Made by a program: the position numbers and the translations under genes. This document shows positions 35,070 to 47,100 of a stretch of DNA of 64,000 bases, piece by piece; positions within the stretch are counted from its first letter, which is position 1; each line of letters opens with the position of its first letter. The notes under the pieces are model-generated. The model was not told where the DNA came from, made no database searches, and saw only the letters and a program-made list of their open reading frames with translations. Source of the DNA: Amoebophrya sp. A120 (lineage: Eukaryota; Protista; Dinoflagellata); contig CAJINV010000002.1 of the NCBI GenBank assembly GCA_905178155.1, forward strand, positions 496,376-560,375, read 5' to 3'.

Positions 35070-36364
35070 TCCGGTCCTGCTTGTACTTTCAGGGGATTTC
35101 TACAGCTTCAATTTTTTCTATCATTATGTTTTTTTTTGTGCTATCCTTTGTCTCGTCGAAATAAAGTTACAATAGTGTCGTAGAGCGAAACGCGCGTCGT
35201 ATTGAAATAGAACAAAGAAAGTAGTAGTAAAGTACTTAAAATCTGAATTTGATAGAAATTGAAAACCACAAATATCAGGTATTTACACTGCTGCGACAGA
35301 TGGATTGTCGCAAAAGCGTAAACAAGTCTAATTCGTCAGGGATTTTTTTGTTGCTAATACCTTAGAAGTTGTAAAGTTGTTTTGTCGTAAAGAAAAGTCT
35401 TAGGTGGTGTAAAAGTAGACACTTGCTGCCTCCCTTTTATTGTTTCCCCAAAAGTTTGATGCTCTTGTGTCTACTCCGATTTCTTCTTGGTCTAAAACTT
35501 TTTACTCTACTTGCTTGAATCTTCTGAAAACCCTACTGTAGTTCTTCGCTAACCTTAACCTCTTCGGTAGAAGTTTGTCATCAAGTACTTCTCAATAGAA
35601 CAGGGCGGAAATTCAAGTTTATTTCGTACAGCGAATTGAAGACTGCGGGTTAGCTAAGGTGTGTGGATGGAGTTCGAGTTGAGGCGCTATCTAAGTAAAG
35701 AAATAGAACATCGTATTAAGAAAACGAACTTACATCATAGAGATAGAAATTGTCAGATACAGATACAATGTTGAAGTACAGTTCTGTAATCCTTGTCGTA
35801 CTCTTTGAGGTCCTGTTGTTTTTTTCGGGGGTAGAGTTGCATCTTATTGTCCCGGCGACAAGCATCGCCATCGGCCGCGCACGTCCCGTGCCTTTGCTTC
35901 AGCCTGTGGAATTATTTGCTAGTTTACTTCGAATTTTGAAGATCATACTATGCAGCCGGGAGGAGCGCATGCGCAAGTAGACTTAGTGTCGTACTTCTAG
36001 TTCCTCGACAGACATTCAGTAGATAGATTTCCGATCGTCTTCTCGTAAACTTCGTCATAGTGACGCTGCAATTTGTTTATCCTAATCCGCAAGTTCTTGT
36101 TGATCCGACGCTGCATAATTTCCGATCCTTGTGAATGTGATGTAGTCAATCTTCTAGTATTGCCTTTCAATAAGCGTAAGCAGAGGCAGGGGGCAGACCG
36201 ATATCATTTGCATTTCGAACCATGTTTTTTTGCAGATCTGATTTTGTAGAATCCTCTGTTTTAGCATCTTCCAGCAAACCGATTCTGCCGACATTTTCAT
36301 CTTTCTGCGGAAACCTTCATTCACTGACGCACAGATTTATCTAAGTTTTGCTTTCTTCAAAAAT

Positions 36365-36892
36365 GTGAAAAATCACTCTTTACAAGGAAAGCAGCAGGTG
36401 GCATGTGGTGGAGCAGGAGGTGGTGGAGCAGGAGGTTTTGGAGCAGGAGGTGTTGGCGCAGGAGGTGGTGCAGCAGGAGGTGGTGCTGGTGGAGCCCCCG
36501 CCGCAAACCAAAACCTACAGCCTGCCCCCCAAGCAGGTATCAACGGCGCACCCATCGTGCAGCGGATTGACGGCGTGGACGTGCACTGGGGTGCCGGGAA
36601 TGTGGACGATGACTACCAGAAAGGATGGATTTTCTCGATTATGTCTCCTGCGGTGCGAAACGACTCCCATTTCGCCGCGGCGGGGAACGACAGCATCGTG
36701 GAGAAGCTCCAAACCCTCACTGTGGCGCGTCTGACTACCATCCTCGGCCGCATCCACGACGACCGGAAAAACGCAGCAGTGCAGAACGACAACAACGGAA
36801 ACCAGTGGGGAAACAACCAAGGGGATCGGGCGCGATGGATCCGGGCCTGCTTCCGGAGAAACCTCAACCACCTGCCGATCTCACCACCGTAG
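36365..36892 (+). CDS. Hypothetical protein with Gly-rich N-terminus and compact globular C-terminal region; true start or upstream exon unclear
   Basis: 175-codon ORF in a GC-rich island with coding-like codon usage inside AT-rich flanks. No ATG at the 5' end. Confidence 0.5.
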   Translation: MKNHSLQGKQQVACGGAGGGGAGGFGAGGVGAGGGAAGGGAGGAPAANQNLQPAPQAGINGAPIVQRIDGVDVHWGAGNVDDDYQKGWIFSIMSPAVRNDSHFAAAGNDSIVEKLQTLTVARLTTILGRIHDDRKNAAVQNDNNGNQWGNNQGDRARWIRACFRRNLNHLPISPP

Positions 36893-38166
36893 GGGGTAGC
36901 TCTGGGAGAGCAAAAGAGTATCGATAATGGACAACGACGGCACATGCGGGCAGCAATTCCCCCCGCCTTGAAGATTTGTGTTTTTCGAGACGTAGATGTT
37001 CAAGATCAAGACCCGCCCGTGAAAGAAACAAAAAGACGATGCAGATGTTGTTGTTGTTTTTCAAGATGTAGATGTTCTCTCCAGACCCGCCCGTGAAGAA
37101 GAAAAGATGATGATGAAGCATAACACCCGATGTTGGTGCAGATGTTGATCAATGTTGGTTGCAACAATCTCCGCGCTTTTGGAGTTTGTAATGCAAATTG
37201 TCACAGGATGTTTTATTTATTTCGCATTTATCTCAACGCTCGAAAGATGAAGATCGAGGTGCGAAAGAACGATGAAGATGATGATGGAAAGATAAATTTG
37301 TGTTGCTTGTTGCGTGGTCTTTGACGTAGCGGCAAACACGTGCACATTCTCGACCTTTTCGAAATACACGACGACGAACTTCAACCCCGACGACCCCAGT
37401 GTCGTGATATTTCTACACTTTCGAATGCGCATTTCTCACACCGAAACTAGGAAAGAAGAGTAAGAGAAGCACCGCTCGAAGTACGTCGCGGTAGGGTGCA
37501 ACAGCAAGAATTTCCGGATTTTCATGATTTGCCATGCTGTTTTTTTGAACCGTTACTATAGAAGCTCTCAAATTCTCAACCGGAAGCTGAAAAATGAAAA
37601 ACAAATAATGACGAATGCCAGCGATTTGCGCTGAGGTTTTTCGGCCGTAATCTTTCCCTGTTCACGACAACGACAACGAAGACAAGAAGATGAATATCGG
37701 TGGCGCACAAGAAAATGATGATGAATAAATCGGACTAGTTATGCTCTAGATGCAAGCAGGGTAGAACTCGGAACTGTTTTACGTCCAAATCACATTTTTA
37801 GCAGCTGCTGCTGCTGTGCAGATTTTGATTTCTTTTCTCGCGCTCTGCCTGATGTTGCAACAAAATGGAGCTTTTCATTTGGACCTGTGTGTACAATATT
37901 TATTTGAAATCCTACATTTATTTTTCGTCTGGGCCTGATAATTCTCTAGTGTTTTCGATATGCCGTCGTTTGCATAAGTAAAGTAAGTCTTTGTTCCATG
38001 AGCGCCCGCACTGGTTGCGCTAAGTTTTAAAAAGTACATCATGACTGAGTAGATTTGGGCAGAGAGCGTAACGCTTCCAACTTTAAAATCTTAGTGAGGG
38101 CCGATTATGTTAGCCGCGTTTCATATTTACCATCTTCGTGTAGTAGTAGTAGTAATTCCCAACAGG

Positions 38167-38195
38167 GGGATCGAGACAAGTCCGCTCTCGATCCC
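38167..38195 (-). other. LINE 3' UTR stem-loop
   Basis: Perfect 10-bp inverted repeat gggatcgaga/tctcgatccc with a 9-nt loop, between the stop codon and the (TAC)n tail. Confidence 0.7.
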
Positions 38196-38196
38196 A

Positions 38197-41100
38197 CTAA
38201 CTCTTTCGCACTAGAACTGCTTTCATCAATTTTTTCATCGGTGCTTTCCTCGTGTCCTTCTTGGTCTCCTTCGCTTTTGGCTTGCAGGCAGCTTCATGCG
38301 CCACCATGCGGCTGATTTTGATCGATTCGGCGTGGTTGTGAAGTCGCTCGGTCTTCTGGTCGTGGTTGAAAAGGATCTTGTACGTTTTGCACTTCCTACA
38401 GCGTAGGTACTCGCAGCCAGCCCGGTCCTTGTGAAGTGCGTCGCGCGGGATTATGTTCTTCCAGCCCTTTGCATCAGAGCCAAAGTAGTATCGCCCGGTC
38501 CACTGGTTCCACAGATGCTGCTCCGGTCTGTACTCGCCTACTGCTTCGCCATTGTTGTTCTTTTTGCGCCCAATTCGTATATAGCTATTGTCTCTATGAT
38601 TTTGAGCATGCTTCTCCATGGCTCCGGCTGTCGAGCTGTACATTAACTCGCATTTTTTGCAGAATATCTTTTTTACGTTGGCCTGTGGGCCCCGCGCCAT
38701 TTTGTCGCGCAGTATGTCGGAGTTTCTCTCGATAATTTCACGCCTCAACTCCGCGTCTTGTTCTGCATTAAACTGCGCTGACTTCCTGCAGATCTCTTGC
38801 TTTAAGGGAATGCTCGTGGGGGTGCGTTTGGGGTGATGCCCTTGCAAGTGGTCCCGAAGCTCCGGCGTCATGCCTTCTCTCGTTGTGCCCCAGCTCGTCA
38901 TGCCTGTCACAATCTCTCCGCTCCATAAGCACTCTCCGCCCGCGGCCAAACTCTGCACGACTTCCGGCATTCCCATCGGGGGGCTGTACTCTATGTCCGC
39001 TGGCTGTGCGTCCGGATTTTCTTCAAGGACTCGCTTCACCATCTCCGCACGCGTCTCGGTTTCGCCTGGTGTTCCAAAGTATCTGACAGCGAGCTCCTCT
39101 TCGTACTCAGCCCGCTGCTGCTCGTCTCCACACGCCCAATCCTGTGCCGTTTCTCTTATGAGTGCCCACCGCGTCATCGAGTGAAAGAGTTTTTTGTTCA
39201 CTGCATAAAGCGTTGTCCCCCCTGCAAGTCCTTCTGGTCGCCGCTGTTCTGTCTTCTTCCTATTCTCCGTCAACAGTTGGACCAGCTCCACCGGCATGTT
39301 GCAGCTGGTGGCGAGGTGGCTCAGCGACTCACCCAGGTACGATCCTATTCGCCGAAGCTTTGCGTCTACCTCCTTGAGGTCCTTCACCGTTCGGTAGATC
39401 TCTGCCCTTGAGCTGATGAACCGCTCTCGCTGGTCCCCTCCTGGGCCGGTTCGGTTGTGGAGGATCGGAAGGAACTGCCCGACAAGTGCCCTCCTCGTGA
39501 TGTCGTCGCTATCACTTCGCAGAACGTGTCCCAGAAATCTCATTTGCAGGTATTTCAAATGGGCCGCCAGGGGTGGAACTTTTAGCGTCCTCCGCAGTTC
39601 CGACGCGCTTTTCTTTTGTAAAATTCGCTCCCACCATGGCAGGTCCTGAATGCGCTGCATCATGATCAGCTCTTCCCGTTCCAGTGCCCGAATTTCCTCG
39701 GGTCCGACGTATCGCGCCGCCAAGCCATAGAGAAAGATGCTGCGAATCATAATGACGATCAAGGACCCGCGTCGCTCGTTGTGGAGGTTGGACACCCCAC
39801 TCATTTTGCCGCGCAGTTTGTTGTATGCTGTCCAAGCCTTTCGCCTTTTTTGTCGAACGTCTTCCACCGGATCCGTCCACGCGCCTAGATTACGCACCGC
39901 GATCTTGGTGATGTCGTTGCTGTATCTCTTCGTCTCGTTTTCGCTGCAACCCGCCGCGTGTAGGGCCTTGGTTAGGAGCTTCATCGCGTCGGATTCTTCT
40001 GGAGCAAGGTCTTCCGCCACTAGTGCTGCATTGAGCCGCACGAATTCCGTCAGCTCTTCGGTAGTCATGTGCTCCAGTAGGGTGGTGTCGTCCGCGAACA
40101 AGAGGTCCCGAATATGATCAATCTCCGTGGTCTCGTCTTCGTCTTCTGGGGGGCTTCCGGCGAAAATTTCGTGCAGCTTATCTACGCGCGGCATGTGCCA
40201 AGTCGATTCCCGCGAGTAAAGCCGGACCCCCTTGAGCTCTTCAGCCCCGTTTCCCTGCAGAAGTTTGCGATAATATCGGAGGACCGCCGTATAGCTTATC
40301 AGAAACACCAGCGGCGACGACACACAGCCCTCCTTTGTTCCATGCGTAAGGGTGAAGCTGTCCCCTGGTATGCCGGTCTCTTGGTCATGAAACTGGTGGA
40401 CCGCATGCCTGTGCGAACTGTTTATGATTTGCCAGCATGTGCTTTCTTCGATTCCCAGGCAAGTCATGACGCCCGTCACCAGTCTCCAGTTTAACGAAGG
40501 GAAGGCTTTCCGGAGGTCGACTAAGGTACTCAGTACCTTAGACGACCTATGGTGGGAGTAGTGGCCCAAGTCCTCGCGGATCCTATTGAAAACCATGATC
40601 GACTCCAATGTGCCCCGCGCGCTCCGGAAGCCGTACTGTGTTGGACAGAAATACCCTTTGGACTCCAGTAAACTATACAGCCGGTCGCTGTACAACTTCG
40701 TGCAGAATTTCAACAAGAGCGGACTGATAACCAAATAGCGATAATTGTCCGGGTCTTTCGGGTCTCCCTTCTTGTACAAGGGCACGTCCTTGCAGAGGTG
40801 TAGATCCGCGCGTAGCTCCGATAGCTTCCGATTTTTTAGTTCCTTGTTCAGGACCTGCGTCAGCAATGTGGCGGAACTGTCATCCAGAAACTTAAAGATT
40901 CCTGCCTGCAGCCCGAAGACGTCCCGCGCCTTTCCGCCCCTCCGTAACGCCCTGGCCACCTGCTCGAACTCGTCCTGCTTTATTTCCTCGTCCAGTGATG
41001 CAATTTCCTCCGGCGTGAGTTTGGGCACAAGCTCGGGAAGGTGTTCCGCTATCGGTAGCTGCTCCAGATCTGCATGCATAGGACTGTTGCCCACCTCGTG

Positions 41101-44100
41101 ATACTTGTCCATCGCTTGTTTCGGGGTTATTGCGCAGACCCGGTCGACCTTCGCCAGGTCGAACTCTCTGAAAACTCGCCACATTTCATTGCGCTTCTTT
41201 CCATCTTCCAGAAATTTCTCCACGTCACTGCCCGGCAGCTGCTTCTTCACTTTACCGACAAAATGGGGCATGTGCGACTTCAAAAAATCTTGGACATCTT
41301 CAAGCGTAAACTGCTCCGCCCCTCCTCTCGCCGCCACCCTTTTTGCTAAGTCGTGGTTGAAATATGCGACCTGGTCTTCTCCTGGGTCTTCCAAAATTCC
41401 AAACGTGGCCAAGCGTCGCAGTTCCCCTTCTTCTACTAATCTCCCCTTCGTCTTGACGTCTACGTCCATCTCAATCGCCTTATGGTCAAATCGTCGCGGA
41501 GACCACGTTTTCCCTTCTTTCGTTATCCCATTGACGTCGAAGCGCCGATACTGCCGCACCTTTTGCAGCTGGGGGCCTGGCACGGCAAAGAAATCCACCT
41601 CATTTCCTGCGTCATGGGTCCCATGCTGGCCCTGGTTTTCGTAGGTTCCGGGGAGTGCCATGTTCAGGGCAAGCAGGTTCGCGCCCAGCTTCCTGCCGCT
41701 CGGGGACGACAACGCCGGCCCCTTCCCTCCGTGTATTGGGGTTTCGCCGAATATGGTTGCGCCCACTTGGCTGTTCCAGTCGCCGCCTACAATCTTCGTT
41801 TTCCACTTGTGCTGCTTCATTTTTTGCGCTTCCCGCACCGCGCCCGCCACTTCAGCGTTAAACGCCTCGCGCTCTTCCAGTGGTGCGCCCGCTGTTGGCG
41901 AGTAAACCGAAACGTAGATCTCTTCATCCAAAAACAGGGAAAGAACACGCGGACGGGAGCGCACCGCGTCGGAGGTCTGCCGCCATAGTTTTCCTTTTTC
42001 GATTTGGTGGCGTAAATCATGATCCAGCACCAAGATGCCCACACCATTTGCATACAGCAGATGGAATTTGTTATGCGTAATCCACTGGAAGCCGTGTTTG
42101 CCGAAGTGCATCGCACCCACCGCCCGTTCCTCTTCTTCGTTCTCTTCCATGACCTCAAGCGCTTCGAGTGCGTGCGCCTCCGCTTCGTGGTTCTGTCCGT
42201 TGTCGTCTGGTAACTCCATGTCAACGTCCGCGCCAGCCTCGCCAGGGTTCACGCCTCCGCGCGCCGCGGCTTGGAACTTCAAGACCTCAATCTCTTCCCT
42301 CAAGTCCTTCCGGCTGTACTCGAATTCGTTTAGTAACACTACTCCCCAGCCGTTTACCCCCGCAGCCCTTAGTATATGCTGAAATCGCGGCGACTCTTGC
42401 CCGCTGCTACGCATGTTCACGGAGGCGACGCGCCGTCTCCGGTGGCCGGGGAAAGCTTCACGGCCCTTGTCCTGCGCCCGATCTGGAAAAAGGTCATGGC
42501 TCTGGTGGTCTTGGTTCTGCTCCGGCTGCTGGCGTTCTGGACCATTGCCATCATGCCCGTCTCTATCCTCTTCGCGCGCCGCCTTGGCCTTCTCCTGTTG
42601 GTCCTTGTTCACCTCGTCTAGGGGCCTACTGATGAAGCCGCCCAGAACTGTTCCTGCTATTAGCTCAGCGCGATCCTTCTCTTCCTGTTCGTCCGCGAGC
42701 TTTCTGGTCTTCGTGCTGTTTGAAGGTTTTGGCGCAGGTGGCGTGCTCCTATGGGCGCGGTATACTGGTAAAGCTACGCTCCTGCTTTTCTTCTTTTTCT
42801 TGTTTTTGTGCTGGGGGTTAGCGCCGTGGAGATTCCCTACCGCAGCCGCCACGGCCCCTCTTAGTTTTCCTTCAGTGGTAGGCCGCTCCTCCTTTTTCTT
42901 CGTCCGGTTGCACTGCCTCAAAGAGGCTTCCGCGTCGTGCTTTGCTGGCTTGCTATGTTCTTGCGCCACTGGGTGGCTACCTGGTACAAGGGATGCTGCT
43001 GCAGCTTGTTCGTGCGCGCCCTGTGTACGCTGTCCCGAAACCTCCACCGGCTGGTGAACTAGAGTTCGCGTCCTCACATGCTTGTGTGAGCCAAACACCA
43101 GTACCACGCGTCGCGCCGCCTGGTGACCTGCGTCTATCACCCGGTAAGCTGTGTCCTTTTGCGAAAATACCCAAGCAACCACCCCGCGCGCCGCCCGTCT
43201 TAACACCAAGAGCGTGCTCTCCATCTGGACTCTTCCGTTTTCCGCTTGTGCTCTTCGTTCGTTTTGAAGACGGGCTCTTCGCCTTTGAATTTTTTCCAAT
43301 CGATTCGCGCGCCGCCATGAAGATGCCCTCTGCTGTAGCCGTTTTGTGGACGGTAACCGCGATCCCATCCATGCGCCCCCCCGCGACAATGGCCGCGGCT
43401 GTCGTTGGTCTATACGTCTGTAAACAGCCCGAATGCTCCGAAGCACCCTTGATAGCTTTACTTTTCCATCCGCGACACCCTCGCACCGATGCCACTTGTC
43501 CGCCATGGTGGGGCGGTGGTGCCGCATCGCATCTGCTGTTCCATCGGCATCTCCATACTGCAGCCAGTCCTGCAGCAACTTATACTCATGGGTAGTCACC
43601 ACTATCGCGTTGCGCAACAGGGTAAGCATGGGTAGACAGCGCAGGAAGAACTTGAAGAGCCGCGGCATTCTGCACTGGAGCTGCTGTAGGTGACAGTAGT
43701 GTCGATACCACTGCGCTGGCACTTTTTGCCGTTGGTGGGGTCGCCGTTCCGGCCAAACATACTCCGCCAAGAGGAGCGGCGAGACGCAGAAGAAGCTCCG
43801 CTGCGGCGCCGTCCCTTCTCTACGATCTAGGGCAGGGGCCTCCTTGTCCTTTTCGGTGGTCATGCGGTGCTCGTTGCGAAGCTGCACATTCTCACCCTCC
43901 GCTGTATCTGCACATGACGTGAGGCGTGGGTCTTCTAATCCCAATCTCGGCTTCACTACTGCAAAAGGGCCGGGATTGCTGCTTGCGACGTCGGCGCCGG
44001 TATGGTGGGAAAAATTTGACCCGAACAAGCTCCCGGATGGTTTACCTTGTTGTGGCGCTGGCAAACCATCCTCTCCTTGTTCTGGTTCGTGTGAATTCAA

Positions 44101-47100
44101 GATAACAGCCATGCCACCCGCGGAACAAGAGCCTGGTCGCGTTGCGGCGCACTGTGAGTCGAGTTGAGGTCTCCGCCTGCGGTGCACGAGCGACGCCATT
44201 ACATCATCAAATTCCGCTCGCGTTGTGCGTCGTTGTCGCTCGCCAACCATGGCTGCTGCATCCTCCAGGTCCGCGCTGCTGGTGCTACCGCTGGAGAGGG
44301 AGAGACGGCCGTCAGCTCGGGGGGTTAATAGTCTACGGTCGCCTCCCTGTAAGCAGATGCCCGGTTTCCGCTCGCGTTGTGCTTCATGTGCGAAACCGGT
44401 TTCGCCACTCCTCCTGGATCTGCTGGTCACGTCGCCGCCAGCCATACCACCCGCGGAACAAGAGCATGAACTCGCTTTAGAGTGGGAGAGACGGCCGTCA
44501 GCTCGGGGAGATAATGATACACGGCCGCCCCCCTGCAAGAAGATAGCCGGCCTCCGCTCGTGTTGTGCCTCATCTGCAAGACCATCGCCACAAGTCCTCC
44601 ATCTGCTGGCCAAGTCTCCGACAGCCAAGCCACCCGCGGAACAAGAGCGCGAGCACGCTGCGACGCATTGCAGGTCAACGCTTAGCCCCCACCTGCTATG
44701 ATGGTGCATCGGGTTTGATGTCCTACTTCCGCCGATGCTATGAGCCCGATTTGACAAATTCCGACCCGAGCATAAGCTTAAAACGTAAGAAATAGGGCGG
44801 CGGGATACGGACACTATTCGGCAGGTTTCGCTAGCGGGACGGCAAATTGGTCGTGGAGATAGGCAAGCCCGACCACCTCCATGCGCGCAAATTGATGAAC
44901 CCCGCTCGTGCTGTGCTTCATCTAGCAGACCTACAGCACACTTGAACGCTCGCTTCCCCAGGCTGCAGCCCACCGTCTTTCCATCATTTCCCCTGCGGTG
45001 TCCGTGAATGTCCGGCCAGCAAGCGTCTGCAGTTTGGCTATCTAGCTCCAGGCGCCACCTTCTCACGTGCTGCCCCCACAAATCCAGAACTTGCGACCCG
45101 ATAATAATCGGGCTTTTGTGTTGTACATTGGAGTCAAACATGATGCAGAAAGACGGATTATTGTCGGGGCTGCAGTTCTGGGTTTGTCGCCTTCCTCGTA
45201 GTGCGTCTCTGCAAACACGCTTGCACTTCGCCACCCGTGGGGATAATAACGCGAGGTCCTGCAAGCAGACATGTGGTTTCCGCTCGTGTTGTACTTCGTC
45301 TGCAAGACCAGCGCCGCGCGCTATACTTCGTTTTCCCATGCTGCACTCCTCGGGCATCCGTTTCAACCTTGTAGGCGGCAATGCTGCGTGAACCTGCAGG
45401 TTACAGTTTCGGGACGAGACGGGGCAACAACGATAGTCCACCATGACACCATCACCAGGCACGAGAGATGTTTGCTGTAACGCTATGCAGGGGGGAAACA
45501 AACATACTAGGGTACCTGCTAGGGCGCTTCCTCTTTTTCCCACCGTAGAGGAAGCCGCCCTGACCCGAATTTTTGGCGAAGGTGGTAATGTGTATTGCGG
45601 CTGTGCGGTCATGTCGTGCCCAATTTTCAACACCTTTCTCAGCATCATGGCGCACGTCGCAGATGACAGTCCACGTGAGCACGAGGCCCGCCTTCTAGTG
45701 CTATCAAGCGCAGCTTCTCCGCTTGCTGCTCCGCCCAGGACGTTCGGATTATTGGAAAAACGAGACCCGAACTCGCTTTCGCGTGATGTGCATGCGATGC
45801 GCAGATCACGACCTCCGCGCTCTGGTCGAATTAGACAAAAGATACCACGTCTTCCCACCATCTGTTCCTGCTTTACCGTGCACCAATTCCCGTCAACAAC
45901 CACGCCGCAACGCACGCTCCAGATCCAGTTGCACTGCAGAGGACCTTCGTGTCCTGTTGGTGATTTCCAGTGCGCGTTAGTGGCCATCCCCAGTCGACAT
46001 TTGAACTCGTGGCCCGTTTTCGAGGCGATCTTTCTCGTTCTTCTTCTACCCGTGCCTTCGTTCATCCAGCGATCTAGGCATCGCTTCTCGTCACTGCAGT
46101 TATGGGCGGAAGAACGAGACCCGAGCACCCTTTGGTGTGATGTGCTATGTGGCTGCAGATCACATCCCCCGTGCTCTGGTCGAGATAATACACAGATACT
46201 GACGCCATCCGCCAGCGCAGCTCGTGGCTCGTCACGCCTCGCTCCATCGTCTTTCCGTGCCGGTTCGCACGCCCATACTCGCACTCGGTGCAAGAGCGCC
46301 ACTGGGTATCTGGACACTGATATCTTTTGCTGGGAAGGTAAAGACGTCCACGTGCTGAGCGGCTTTGATGTGCAAGTTGGCGCCCGAGGGTACCAGACCG
46401 ACAACGAGCCTGTTGCCCTGATAGCCTCAATTCCGCGCGCTGGTCGAGTTAAAACACCGAGGCGACGGCTGTCCAAGACTTGTTTTTCATGATTGCCCGC
46501 CGTGAACGGTCGCGTCGCTCCTGTTTCTTCCCCGCCGTCGTTCATGAGTACTTCGCCAACACAAACACAGAAGCACTCTCTTCCTCCAGAATCTAAACCG
46601 ATGCGGCTGAGCGTGGTCGAGGACGTAGTTACGTTTCCCGTGCAAGAAGTTCGGCTCCAAGGAGAGGGAGATCGGGCAACCGACTGAGCTTCAACGCCTG
46701 TGTGAATTGTGAGAAGACGACAAGAAAGACACTGATAGCTAGACACAGCTGACTTTTGCACTGAAAACCGATTCTCTCGAAAGTCGAAGCCGGAGATCCA
46801 GACCCATGCACCGAGGACCAAGAACAGCGCTAGAACTCCTACGGCACGAAGAGGCGGCACCTCGTGCGCTTGGTTTGCAGTGTTGATCGTTTTGGTTCCT
46901 GTTGTGCTTCGGCTCTTTGAAGATGAGATGAGTGCTGTCTTTCGTTTAAGATGTGGAGAAGAGTCGCTTTTCAATCTAATCACCCTGTGACGCTCAGAAG
47001 CATCGACGTGTTGCTGTTGTTCGTCTTCTTCCGCAAGTGCTTGAAACCTGTTTTTCGATAATAGTGGCGGTCTCCGATTCCAGTCGATCCTGTTTTGGTG

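Noticed and set aside
36990-37100. Short duplicated motif agacccgcccgtgaa
   Set aside because: Only two copies in low-complexity sequence, with no supportable function.
45443-46492. 349-aa antisense ORF inside the LINE
   Set aside because: Antisense to the long ORF in GC-rich sequence, with no recognisable motifs.
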